A stretch of 64,000 nucleotides of DNA from a virus. Each line of letters starts with the position of its first letter. Position 1 is the first letter of the stretch. Under the pieces are notes generated by a model, which was not told where the DNA came from, ran no database searches, and worked only from the letters and a program-made list of their open reading frames with translations. Positions 1 to 12,100 of the stretch are shown here, in pieces. Position numbers and translations under genes: made by a program. Where the stretch lies: IMG/VR virus record IMGVR_UViG_3300037010_000760, positions 4,422-68,421 of that record; one strand, written 5' to 3'.

Positions 1-447
1 GGTTCCATAATAGCAAGTGTAGTTACATTTGTTATGGCCAACCCAGGTATTATAAATTCATTCTCATCTAGTATATCTACTGGATTTTCTGAGTTGACTA
101 AAGCTAGCAATCTACTTAAGTTAACTAATGCAGTCAGTGGTGGATATACTCAATACGTGCAGGCTTCTATAGGCCAATATGCAAAAGACGCCGAATCTTT
201 TATGCAAAAATACCAGACTGAGAGTAGGGCTGTATCGGATGCTTTTTATGCCGAGTTCGGTAATAATGCTGGAGCAGTCATTTCCCCCTTAACCCGTATA
301 GATTCCTCCTCTGGTTCCTCCTCTGGGGAAACACCTAGTTCGTTTTTCTCACGAACCCTTTTAACAGGGAGTGAGATTGTGGAACTTACGCACTCAATGT
401 TGAGTGACTTCTCCAAAATCACTCTTAGTACAGACTTACCTAGTTAA
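1..447 (+). CDS. 3' end of virion structural protein (N4 gp53-like position), 5' truncated
   Basis: Frame is open from base 1 (GSIIASVVTFVM...). C-terminal 'ETPSSFFSRTLLTGSEIVELT' and position upstream of gp52/gp51/vRNAP fit N4-like synteny. Confidence 0.6.
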   Translation, partial: GSIIASVVTFVMANPGIINSFSSSISTGFSELTKASNLLKLTNAVSGGYTQYVQASIGQYAKDAESFMQKYQTESRAVSDAFYAEFGNNAGAVISPLTRIDSSSGSSSGETPSSFFSRTLLTGSEIVELTHSMLSDFSKITLSTDLPS

Positions 448-457
448 AGGTCATAAT

Positions 458-922
458 ATGAACCCGATTCAATTTTCCACAGATGATTACATGAAAGCAT
501 TGCAAAGTTATCGTACATCTAATGATGTTGGTAACAGTGGTGCTGGATTATCTGGTATGGGTTCCACCAATCCGCTCGGTAGCATTGGTGGTGCGCTGAA
601 GCCATTAGAACTTGGTTGGAACATGCCAACAGCACAGCTTGGTCTACAAGGTATTGGTGCTCTAGGCAGCTTATGGTCTGCATTTCAAGCAAATAGTGCG
701 GCCCAAAAACAATTTGGCTTACAACGTGATATGGCCAATGCTAACTTGAACAATCAAATTTCGTCCTACAATACGTCTTTAGAAAATAAAGCTCGTGATG
801 CTTCTATGATGCGTGGGGATACCGGAAGTGCTGTTAGTTCTTATGTAAATGATTACCTACAACGTCATGCCTTACGTGCTGATGGTCAAGTTCGTAATGG
901 TGCTACACCTGCCGCTCTATAA
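458..922 (+). CDS. small internal virion/ejection protein (N4 gp52-like)
   Basis: ATG at 458 follows AAGG. Gly/Ser-rich hydrophobic segment, then 'AAQKQFGLQRDMANANLNNQISSYNTSLE'. Synteny. Confidence 0.7.
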   Translation: MNPIQFSTDDYMKALQSYRTSNDVGNSGAGLSGMGSTNPLGSIGGALKPLELGWNMPTAQLGLQGIGALGSLWSAFQANSAAQKQFGLQRDMANANLNNQISSYNTSLENKARDASMMRGDTGSAVSSYVNDYLQRHALRADGQVRNGATPAAL

Positions 923-931
923 GGATAAATC

Positions 932-3118
932 ATGAGTGCTTTAACTTGGAGACAGGTAACTGCTCCTGACTTCTCAGGACTGTCTTCTCTATACAGAACC
1001 GGGGCAGATCAACTTAACAGGTCTACGTCAGATTTGTCTACTGGCTTGAAAAATTGGCAAGATGCCCGAATGAGTCAGGCAGAAGATCAAATTGCCCAGC
1101 AAGCCAGCCAATACGATAGCCCAGAAGCCTACAGGGCCGATCTGGCAAGCGGTAAAATTTTGGGCAGTGTAGATCAAGGGCTTATTGGAAGAAAGCTCAT
1201 AGATGTTGCTTCGGGGCAGGAATCGGGCATTGCTGCTCGTGAAAGACAGGGTGCTCAGTATGCCATGCCCGAGGTAAATAATCTCATTCAACAGGCATTG
1301 ATAAACAAAGACGACCCTGCTGTTTCTTCTTTGGTTCAGCAATATGCGAAGCAGTTACGTCTTACTAACTCCCCATATGCTGACCCATTTAAGATACAGA
1401 GTTTACAAGAAGGTGTTAAAAATACTGATGCCAAAAAAGTTGCTCCATATATTGATAATGCCATAGCTTTAGCCGTATCTCAAGGTAATTACGATAATGC
1501 TAAAGCATTGGCTAGCAATAACCAAGATCAATTACTGCGTGCTGGATCACAGAACTTTTCTTCAGTAGCATTGCAAAATAATATGGATAAGCATGCTCTA
1601 TCTGATCTAAGTACCGCTACTGCTGATGCTACATTGCCACAAAATAAGCGTGAAATAACAGATGCTTGGCTTGCTACGGCTACCCCTACTCAACGAAAAG
1701 CATTTTTTACACAAAATCCTGAATACAATAGTGCAGCTACTTTGTTAGCTGCTGCTACTCCCGGTGTAGGTGATGCTACCGATTCTGATGGTAATTTAAT
1801 CAAATCTGGTTCTGGCATTGTTGCTAGTGGTAGTAGTGCCACCCCAGCTACAAATGCTATCTCTAGTGCTTTAACACCAACTACTGGCTCTAAGGTAACT
1901 GCTGCTACTTTGTCAGACGGCAAAGGCAAGTTAATCCCTGCTTCTGTTGCAGCCATCGCACATGAAGTAGGTTTGTCAGGCGAACAGCTTAAAATGCATA
2001 CAGCTATAACTGGACAAGAAAGTAGTAATAATGCCACTATTGGTAATAGTATAGACGGTGCTCATGGGCCAGGTCAAGTTATGCCTGATACCTTCAAAAA
2101 ATATGCCCTACCTGGGGAGAGTATAGATAATCCTGCTGATAACATTCGTGTTTCCCAACGTATCATAAAAGACTTATCTAATAAGACAAATGGCGATTTA
2201 GCTAGAGTTGCTGTAGGTTACTTTAGTGGTGAGGGTAATATAGCCCCTGCTGGTTCAGCTACTCCTTGGAAACGTGATACCCAAGACGGCAATCAAAAGA
2301 AAGTCAGTTCATATGTAGATGATGTTGTTAAAAAATACTCTACTGATAAAAACACTTATACACCAGCTCCACTTAATCCGGGTAATTTAAGTATTCCGGC
2401 TGTCCCAACTAAACAGGAACTAATAGATGGTGGTATTACTGCTTCTGGTTCTGGAGATAATATGGCCAGTCAAATACTGGCAAATAATATCTTCAATGAG
2501 GTTTCTAATATTGGCCCTAATGATATTGAGGGGGCGCATAAATTCCTCACCAATGCTTTAGGCGAAGGTGGTGCTGATATAATTAGCCCACTTAGATTCC
2601 GTGAACTATATGAGCAATATGGTAGACGGGAGACACAAGCTAGTATTGCAGATAGGGCTAAAGACCCTAAATTATCTCCTGTAACGGAAATGATTCCTAC
2701 TGGTGAGTTTGCAGCATCTTTATTAAATGCCACAAGTAATACTGGTGGATTTTTTAATCATACTAAATCTATGTCTGGAAAACTTAGTGATAGCTTTCTT
2801 GGTAACTTTAAGCCAAGTAGTAAGTGGATTGACCTACCTACATTGCAGGATAACGTAAATAAATCAGGTAGTGCTATACCTGAAGTTATGAATCGTAATG
2901 CTGCTATAGCAAAAGCATCTGCTCAAGACGTAAAAGATAGAGAGGATACAATTGCAAAGCAGCGTAGTCAGGTAGCTATGTATAAAACTCTCCTTGAGTC
3001 CCGTATTAATGATCCAAAATTGAAAGCTACGTATGAGGCATCTGTTTTACGATTAAATGAAATGTTGACTTCTGCACAAGCAAGTAATACTGCCTCTACT
3101 ATTAAAAACTCACGGTAG
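932..3118 (+). CDS. internal virion/ejection protein (N4 gp51-like) with lytic transglycosylase (SLT) domain
   Basis: N-terminal 'LTWRQVTAPDFS' typical of N4-like gp51. SLT motifs 'ITGQESS', 'GAHGPGQVMPDTF', 'NPADNI', 'VGYFSGEG' at about 1940-2340. Confidence 0.8.
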   Translation: MSALTWRQVTAPDFSGLSSLYRTGADQLNRSTSDLSTGLKNWQDARMSQAEDQIAQQASQYDSPEAYRADLASGKILGSVDQGLIGRKLIDVASGQESGIAARERQGAQYAMPEVNNLIQQALINKDDPAVSSLVQQYAKQLRLTNSPYADPFKIQSLQEGVKNTDAKKVAPYIDNAIALAVSQGNYDNAKALASNNQDQLLRAGSQNFSSVALQNNMDKHALSDLSTATADATLPQNKREITDAWLATATPTQRKAFFTQNPEYNSAATLLAAATPGVGDATDSDGNLIKSGSGIVASGSSATPATNAISSALTPTTGSKVTAATLSDGKGKLIPASVAAIAHEVGLSGEQLKMHTAITGQESSNNATIGNSIDGAHGPGQVMPDTFKKYALPGESIDNPADNIRVSQRIIKDLSNKTNGDLARVAVGYFSGEGNIAPAGSATPWKRDTQDGNQKKVSSYVDDVVKKYSTDKNTYTPAPLNPGNLSIPAVPTKQELIDGGITASGSGDNMASQILANNIFNEVSNIGPNDIEGAHKFLTNALGEGGADIISPLRFRELYEQYGRRETQASIADRAKDPKLSPVTEMIPTGEFAASLLNATSNTGGFFNHTKSMSGKLSDSFLGNFKPSSKWIDLPTLQDNVNKSGSAIPEVMNRNAAIAKASAQDVKDREDTIAKQRSQVAMYKTLLESRINDPKLKATYEASVLRLNEMLTSAQASNTASTIKNSR

Positions 3119-3184
3119 TAGGTAAATTTGAGTATATACTAGCCTCAACCCAAAAAGTTGGGGCTTTTTCACTTAGGACACACC

Positions 3185-6100
3185 ATGCCATCTGTTAGCG
3201 ACCTACTTACTCAGTTATTCAGTAATCCAGCATCCTCTGATATGGTTAAACCAAGTATCGGTACATCAACTGAAATTGGGATAACAGTTGATCAAAATAG
3301 CATGCTAAAGCAAGCAGAAGTAGATGCTGCTGCTGCTAGAAAAAAAGAAGAATTAGCTGGTACTTCTTTATCTAGTATGGGTGCCTATGGACTAGGTATT
3401 ACTTCTAGCACCGGATATGGTGCTAGAAGTGCGGGTCAGTTAGATAAGGACATGCTGACGCGCAATCCGGGTGAATTAATGAGTAAGTATGGGGCAGAAG
3501 TAGCTTTACGACTTCTTACTCAAAAAGCATCTGGGGAAGACTCATATAACATTGATAGAGGTATGCCAGTAAGTACCGGAGAAAATATTTCCGACTTTGC
3601 AATAAATACTGGTATCAGTGCTATAAATGCTGTTGGTGGTGCTGGTGCCTGGGCAGGTTCTCTAATAAATGATAAGCTGGGAACTACTTTATCTGGTAGC
3701 CTAGATGCATTTAATAATGCTGCGTCCTCACTTACATCTGATCGCTCTAAATCAAGTAAGCAGATTAATAGTACAACTAATTGGCTAGATACTCGTGATA
3801 ATGAGGCACAGTATCAAAAAGATAAAACCAATGGCGATATACTAGCTGTACTAAAACGTGAGGGCAGAAATGCTATTGGTGCAGTAAATATTGCTAAATC
3901 TGATCCAACTACGCTTTTAGAGGGTACTGCTAGCGGCATTGGTTCTATGTTAGGTTTTGGTTACTTTAATAAAGCTGTTCAGGGTATTGGTGGTACTGGA
4001 AAAGTAGCTACCATGATTCGTGATGCTAGTCTTCCAATCGCAGGTGGCCTAGTTGGTGGAGGCAGCATCTACCAACAAAACGTATCTGATATTATGGCCA
4101 AATCTACTGAAGAGATGGCTCAACAATCCCCGCAATATAATAAATATGTTGCTCAAGGCTTGTCACCTAAAGATGCACAAATACGTGTTGCTGCTGAATC
4201 TGGTGAATATGCTGCTAGCATAGCTGGGCCACTAGATATGATGACCACAATGATGGTTCCCGGTGTTAATGAGATACCACATCATGTTGGTTCAGTAGGA
4301 GAAGCATTTAAGCACACCCTGTTTGAGCCTGTGCAGGAGTTTATTGAAAGTTCTAACGAGCAATTTGCCAGTAATGCCGGAAATCAATATAAGTTTAATC
4401 CTAATCAGGACATAGCCGAAGGAGTGGGTAAAGCTGCTGGTACAGGTGCCTTATACGGTCTAACTTCTGCTGGTGCAACCCACGCTCCGGGTGTTGCTAT
4501 ATTAGGGGCAAAAGCCACTAAAGATGCTGCTGCTACTCTTCTTGGTTCTCTGAAGGATAAAGTTAGTTCTATTAGTGCAGATAACGAAAATAGTAGTCCA
4601 GTATCCAATGCTGCTTTAGCTACTAAAGCAACAACTGCTGCTACACAGACTCCTATTGTAGCTGCTAATATGCAAGCTGCTGCTGCTAATAGTGATCCTG
4701 CTATGCAGGCAAGAGTTGCTAACTTTACTAATATTATGCAATCTGTTAGCACACACGATGCTAATGATTTTGCAGAATCCAGTGATTCAATTAAGGCAGC
4801 ATTGAGCGGTGCTACTACAAAAATAGATGAATTAAATGCATTGAAATCCGTATTCAATAATAAAGATTCTACAGACTCTGATAAAGATTTTGCTGGTACT
4901 AAGTTAATTGATGAACTTAGTTCTATGAATGAGTTTTTGAATACTCAAACTGATGTTATTGATGCCGTTCAAGACGAACCAACAAAGAAATTTGTACGTG
5001 GTATGAAGCAGTTTGCTGCTGATATTCTAAGCAACAAAGAATTTCTTGCTACACGCAATGATATAGCTACTAGATTGGCTCAGAAGCATGAAACCAGTCA
5101 TCCTGAATTGGCTATTGCTGCCGACCCAACATCTCAAGAGGGCAAACAGGCCATTGCAGAGACTTTGGCCATAGCCAGTACATTGCCTACTGAAGTCAAT
5201 GGAAAAGCCGTGGATGCCATTCTGAAGCATTCTGAGGACGGTTCTATAAAGCTGACCCAAGAGCAAAAGGATAATCTGGAAGTCTCCAAAGCCGCTATTA
5301 CAGCCCTTCAGGACAATCTAGTAGACGGTTCCGATCTGATGCGTGTATCCACTGAAGCAAGCAGTGCAGGTTTAGCTGGTGACAAAGGTAAGTCCGCCAT
5401 TCAGCATGCTACTGATATTGTTAGAACTGTATCTGAGGGTAACATTCCTCTTGCCAAAACTTTATTAAAGAGTTTTGAAAGATTTGCTCAACATTATCAA
5501 AATAAAGCAGAAGCTGTTAACCAAGCTACACAAGAAGGTAATGATCAAGACTACAAAGCACATTACACACAATTGGCTCATGGTCAATGGGTTGAAAATA
5601 AAGCTCTATATACTTTTCAGAAGAGCGGTAAAGGAGTAGAATTAGCTACTCAGGTGCATAAAGAAGCTCGTGCTATCGGTAGCATGTATAACGCTATTGC
5701 ATCTATGTATCCCAATATGGGAGTTGAGCCGATTGCTTTAACCAAACCTGATTCTATATTCCTACCGGGTGGTAAGTTTGACCACAAAGCTACTCAGCAT
5801 GGTATTGGTGGTAACGGTTTAGCAGGTATTACTGCTTACCGTAACCGTTTAGTAACCCAACAATCGAAAGGAGCCGAAAATGGCCACGGGCAAAAAGAAG
5901 AAGTGCTAATTGCACCCGGTACTCCATCATTACCTACTAGACCGCCTGTTAGAGCAGACGGTACTGAATCCATCGAAAAGGTGTTCCACACTGATAGGGT
6001 GGAAGCAGCGGCCCAACTTCATGAAAGAAAGTTGGGTGTAGAAAAAGACTTACGCAATGCACTAACTAAGCCCCAACCTAATGAGGTAGGTTCTCTATAT

Positions 6101-9100
6101 GGTGCATTGCGTGGTATGTTATCCCCTGAGTCATTCAAAAATGACTTAGGTGGAAACCCTAAATTTAACTTTCTTAGGTCTATTAAAGGCAATAGCCTAA
6201 GAAACTTAATTGAGAATGGTTCATATCTTGATAGTTTTTTAACTTCTAGAATGACACTCAACAAGGGTGAAAATCTAGAAGCTGCTGTAGAGCACATTGT
6301 TGATAAGTTAAATTCTGGAAATTATCTTACTCAACAATTACAAGATCGTTTAGATCAGCTAGGTATAACACTACAGCAAATCAATGAGGCAATATCCGAT
6401 GAGCAACTTGATCAAGAAATCGCAGCCCTCGAAAAACGAATTGCTGATGAAGCTGCAACAGCTAAATCCAAAAAATCAGCTAGACCTGCTAAAGGCAGTG
6501 AAGCAGGGCAGACAGGAACTCAAAAAACAATCTTTGAGTCCGATGAGCAGTCCAACAAAATAGCACCTGTTACTGTAGCTCCAACTATTAATGCTACTAA
6601 ATTAGAAGTAACTCAGGCTGAGTACGATAAAGCCATCTCATTACAGTCTATGACTGGTGAGACCGCCCATGATGCATTGGATTCAGCTAGCAAGAAGACA
6701 CTAAAAATTCTAGATACTCTAGAAAATAATCCCGATAGCGTAGCTATTACGACAGATGCCACACCTACTGCTACTACTGCGTCAATAGACAAAATCAATA
6801 TTTGGTATGGCTCTAGTGAGAATGCTAGTTTAAGTAATCTTGCTGCTCGTAAATTTACTTTATTAGGTAAAGAGTATTTTTCTGTTGAGCATGCCTATCA
6901 AACTTTGAAAAGCGGTTCTTTTGATGAACGCACGTATGCGCGATACAAGAATGCTGGTGTAAAGATTTCTGGTAAGCAGGCCAAGATAGAAGGTGACTAC
7001 AACATTAGTTTAATGAAACGACTTATGCTTGCTTCCTTTAATCAAAATAAAGAAGCAAAAGACCTATTATTGGCCACTGGTAATGCTGAAATTACCCATA
7101 CACAAGAACAGGGTAAAAGTAAGTGGGCTACTATATTTCCTAGACTTCTCATGGAAGTAAGGAATGAGTTACGTGCCACACCTAACGCTACAGCACCTGA
7201 CACTGCACTAACATCATCAAAGCCTTCTACTGGGCCTACTCAAGTTACCCCCACTACACAGGTGTCACCACCTGCGATAGTTTCTCCTACAGTAAATCCA
7301 ATATCTGATGCAGAGCTTAGTAAGTTAAACCTATTTTTGGCTGCTAAAAGTAGATTAACTGAAATAATAACTAATCCTGCTACATATGACCCAAAAATAG
7401 TAGCTGCTGCCAAAAAGGAGCTTTCTGGGTTAACAAAAGATAGGCTTAATAAAGTAGACTATTTATTTGATGGTTTTCCTAGTGATAAAGCTGAACTGGA
7501 TTTTCTATCCAATGCTCCTCCGTCTCTTATTGCCGATACTCCCGGTAAACTAGAACGTCTATGGGAATTGCGTAATAAATCAGGAAAATTGTTTGCTAAT
7601 CTTGGTACAAGCAAGTTGCTTTCCACTGCTGGTAATATACTTATTGCTGGTACTAAGCCTGTTAATGAAAAGCGTGCTAGTCAATTAACTGATCGCCCTT
7701 TGGATACATTTGTTCAAATAGTCAATGAAAATACTAATATCAAAAGTGACGATAAAAAGCTACGTACTGGCTTGGCTAAATATATAACATTACGTGCTAA
7801 CTTGCTTCAATTGGCAGTTAGTAGAACTGTTTTAAATGAAGCAAACTCAGATAACAATCTGATAAAACTACTTCAGCTAGACCATCTTGACTCTCTGGGT
7901 AACAGTAATAAATACCGTATTGATTTGTTTCCGCAAAATAGACTGTTTTCTTTATTGGCTCCAGTAGATGAAGGGGATACTCCAAAAGTAAAGCTTGACC
8001 CTCGCCTTATGGAAACTGCTTCTTTAGCATTTATGCAGTGGATGCTTGGTGCAGTAGATCGCAAAGCTGTTGTTGATGAAAAGACTGTAGCTGGTATTCT
8101 TGGTATAGATGAAAACCTTGTTACTGAGGCTCAGATAGCAGAATATTCAGAACGTATTACTAATATTGAGGCTATTGATGCCATTAGTGCTGGTATATTG
8201 CGGCACTGGGGTTTAAAGCCAAAAGATAACATTCAAATAGGCTATAGCGAAGGTGTTACTAGAGTATTAGCAAAAGAGATGCTGGATGCTGCTGTTAGTA
8301 AGGAATTGATTGAAGCAGGTTTTGGCTTAAATCACAATCAAGTTCGTATTGATAGTAATAAAACTGTTGATAGCTATGGCATAGATAAGTTACCAAAGAA
8401 TGTTAAGTTAGCTAATGCTATTTTTCCTGATTTAGTTGATAACACTGCTTTTCTTAAAAATGATCAGGTTATGTACATTGGGGACGTTACTGTACCTACA
8501 TCTAAAACTATCTTGCGGGAGCCTGAACAATTACTTAGTCCTGAGCAGATTAGAGCACAAGACAATAACCAAAAAACTATTCATAGAATAGATGAGGCGT
8601 CTTACAAATTATTTATGGGTATTGGGGTAAAGGGGATATTTGATATTCTTTCTTTGCCTGAAAAAACTGATTTACTGAACATAGGTCATGCTAAATCTGT
8701 TATTGGTAAAAAGCAGGGCATATCTGCTGTGTTCAATAAAATGAAAGAAGTATACCAAAGAGTTTCTAATCTAGCTACTGATGGTGATGTTCATGGAGTG
8801 CCTATTCATTATAAGTTTGAATATACCAGCACAAATCGTTTACAGATGATAGGTAGTCATACACCACAAGCTAGTAAATGGATGCGTAATGTAATACTTC
8901 CTACCAACGGAACAATAGATGCTACATACGGTAAAATGGGATATACATCATTCATGTTATCTGTGGCTCAGAATCTTGGAGTCTCTATCCAAAATTATTC
9001 TAGAGAAGCCAATATAAGTAAGATAGCTACTAAATTAGACGGTGAACTTGCTGATGTTGTTAGCCTACTTAAAGATAGGGTAATTAATAATGAAGATAGG

Positions 9101-12100
9101 GTATCCCCTAAACTAATAGAAGCTTTGAAATCAGCCTTGGGATCGGAATTTACCCCATCCTCTTTATATGCACTTCATGAATATGCCCGCTATCTGGCCA
9201 GCAGTGAGGCTGATAAAGCGAACTTTAAGACTGGCCTGTATATTGAGGCTGATGGGGTTAATAACGGCCCCGCCAGTGCTCTGATGATGCTTGGTGGAAC
9301 CAGTGAACTCACTCATGAATTCTTTACCAATGCAGCCCGTATAGGTTATTTTATTGGTTCAGATGACAGAACACTTAACCAACAACGTCAAGAAGACCCT
9401 ACAGGATTATATGAGGCAGGTGCTCAAGTGTTGCCTACTTTCTTAGCTGATTTTGGTAATAAAATTGATGGCCATATTATACCAGAAGGCGAAAATACAC
9501 CTGCTATTGATCTCGGTGCTTACTTTGATCAAGTTAAGTATGTAGTAGCTAGTTTACTACCCAACTTCTCTATGGACGAAAATGGTAATTATACCATTGG
9601 ACGTTCTGTTATAAAGAATCCCCTCACTAAAACTGTATACGGTTCTGGCTCTCGTGGTATGGGTAATGGTCTTCTTAAAGACATGCTAAATGCATTCTAC
9701 GAGAAGCTATCTATAGTCAAGCTATATGAGGACTGGTATAGTAGTGAGGGTAAGAGTAATCCTAGAGAGTCAGCCTTTGTAGAGGTATTTGGTGACCAGT
9801 ACAGAGAACTAATTAAGTCAATGCATCGTCTTGCTAGTCATAGCGTAGAAGTTGAGAAAAAACAATTTGTTGTTAAGAATGGTATCTCCCCCCAAAATAA
9901 GTTTTTTGTTGAAAATGACTATCTTAATTTTGAGGTATCGGGTACTGCATTTAATAGCATGAGCAACAATATTAATACATTCTTTTCCAAGAAAGTAAGG
10001 AGTGCTATTACTGATGTTATGTCCGAAGCTGTTATGGACTCTACTCAATTGTTAGCTAAAGCAACTAGCTTCCATACTGAGTTCATGTCCCATGAGTTCA
10101 ATAAGCTATACGAAGCTGCTTTAGCTAAAAGAAAGAATTCTGATCACTTGTATAGACAAGCTGATGGTTTGTCCAATGATGAACTACGTGCTATTACAAA
10201 TAAAATGTCTAAGACATTTCCTTATATAAAAACAACTACACAAAGTTTTAATCCAGTTGGTGCCTCCAAGATAAGTAGTGATAACTTCATAGGTGTTACG
10301 TCTACCGGATATAAGGTTACTCCATCCATATTTGTACCAGAAAGTGCTGGTGTATCTGGCATTCCTTACATGATTATTGGTTTAGGAGATGGAAGAACTA
10401 TTCAGATATTTTCAGATGGTGGCCCAGAAGATACATTAAATATTTATGATGGTATCCATATGGGCTTAGGTAAAGTAGAAGAATATAGTAAGAGAGCTAA
10501 TTCTGCTGTTTGGGACTCATGGCAAGGTAATCCTTTTGGTGCTCTTTTTCCATCTCTATCCACATTCGTTACTAACTATGACTGGCCTACTTTTTTAGCT
10601 TCTGCTAAATCGGATAAACTAAAAATTGCTCCTATCCTAGCTGCACTACATATTAAGTCTGTTTCCGAGTTACCAAATTACATAGCAAATCTTATTAATA
10701 ATGTTTCAACCTCTGCTAAGAATATAGATGCTACTCACCAAGTTTTAGGCAAATATAAGGCTACTATTGATCAGTTAGCCTCTATAGGCTCACCATATGT
10801 TAAATCAGGAGCGGATATTATTATTGATGATGCCTCTATAGCTGATATAAACTCCAAAATATCTTCTATAGCTCAGGCTGATACTAATTATGCCGTAAAT
10901 GGTATACTATCCGATGTTGCAGCTAAATTTAATGTACCCACCCCAACAAAACCTACTGAGTACAGCCTCAAATCATTTATAGCAACAGGTAGTGTAGCCA
11001 ATAAGACTACCACTGTAGAATCTCTACTGTCTACTAAATTACTTGATAATGTTTCTGTAAAGTACGGGCCACTAAGCTCATTTAGCGACAAGCTAACAAA
11101 AGATGACTTTGGTGGTTATGACCCAAAAACAAATACTATTTATATAGCCTCAGATAAATCTGGTGGAGTTGAGACATTAACGCATGAAATGGTTCATGCT
11201 GCTACATTTAGGGCTATTGCCAATCACTATGCCAATCCTGGTAACTCAGTTATAGCTACTGAAGTGTCCAGATTAGAGACATTGATGGGTAGCTTTTTAA
11301 ACAGGGCTGCCTTATCCATAGACGATACCGTCAGTGGTATAGCGGATAAAATCAATAAGATTGGTGATAGCTCTATTAAATTGAATGAGTTTATGGCATA
11401 TGGTTTGTCAAACCCTGCCATGCGTGCTGATTTAACCTCTGCTACTGCCTTAAAATTGCCTGAGAATATTATTAATAAATATACTGGTAAGATTAAGCAA
11501 CTGATAAAAGATATTCTTACTAAATTAGGTGTGCAGGCTCAAAAAACAGAATATGATCAACTTGTATTTAATGCGGTTCATGTGATGGCTAGTGGTGATA
11601 ATGCTACTATGTCTAATGGACAAATTCTCAAAATGGCTATTGGTGGCCTCAATACCAATAACCGTCTAAATAAGGTTACTGAATTCTTTGCTAGCAGCCT
11701 TGATAAATATCTTGATAGTCAGATAGACCCTGCGTTTTCAAGACTACCTCCAACAGGTTTACTTACTAAAAATCCAGGTGAGTTTACTAGAGCAGATAGA
11801 CTTGGATTTCAAGTATCTACTCTAATTGCCAGCAAATTTAATACCAGTCCACAGGAAAAAGTGGCATTGGATATGATTGTAAGTACCTTGGCAACAGGTG
11901 CTAAATTAGATGGTAATATCATGTCTGGTATAGAGCAACTCTATACCCACTTTACCAAGAATCTAACTCCAGAAGACTTCTTGCTAGTTGCCCCAACTGA
12001 TGCTACCCAAGCAGATACCTATGAAGCTAACGAGATGTATAACCTCGTCATGGGCAACTATACTACAGCTAAAGACGTGTATGGCCGTGGCCAGACACTG

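Noticed and set aside
11170-11410. HExxH zincin motif in vRNAP as a novelty
   Set aside because: A zincin-like region C-terminal to the polymerase core is a known feature of N4-like vRNAPs.
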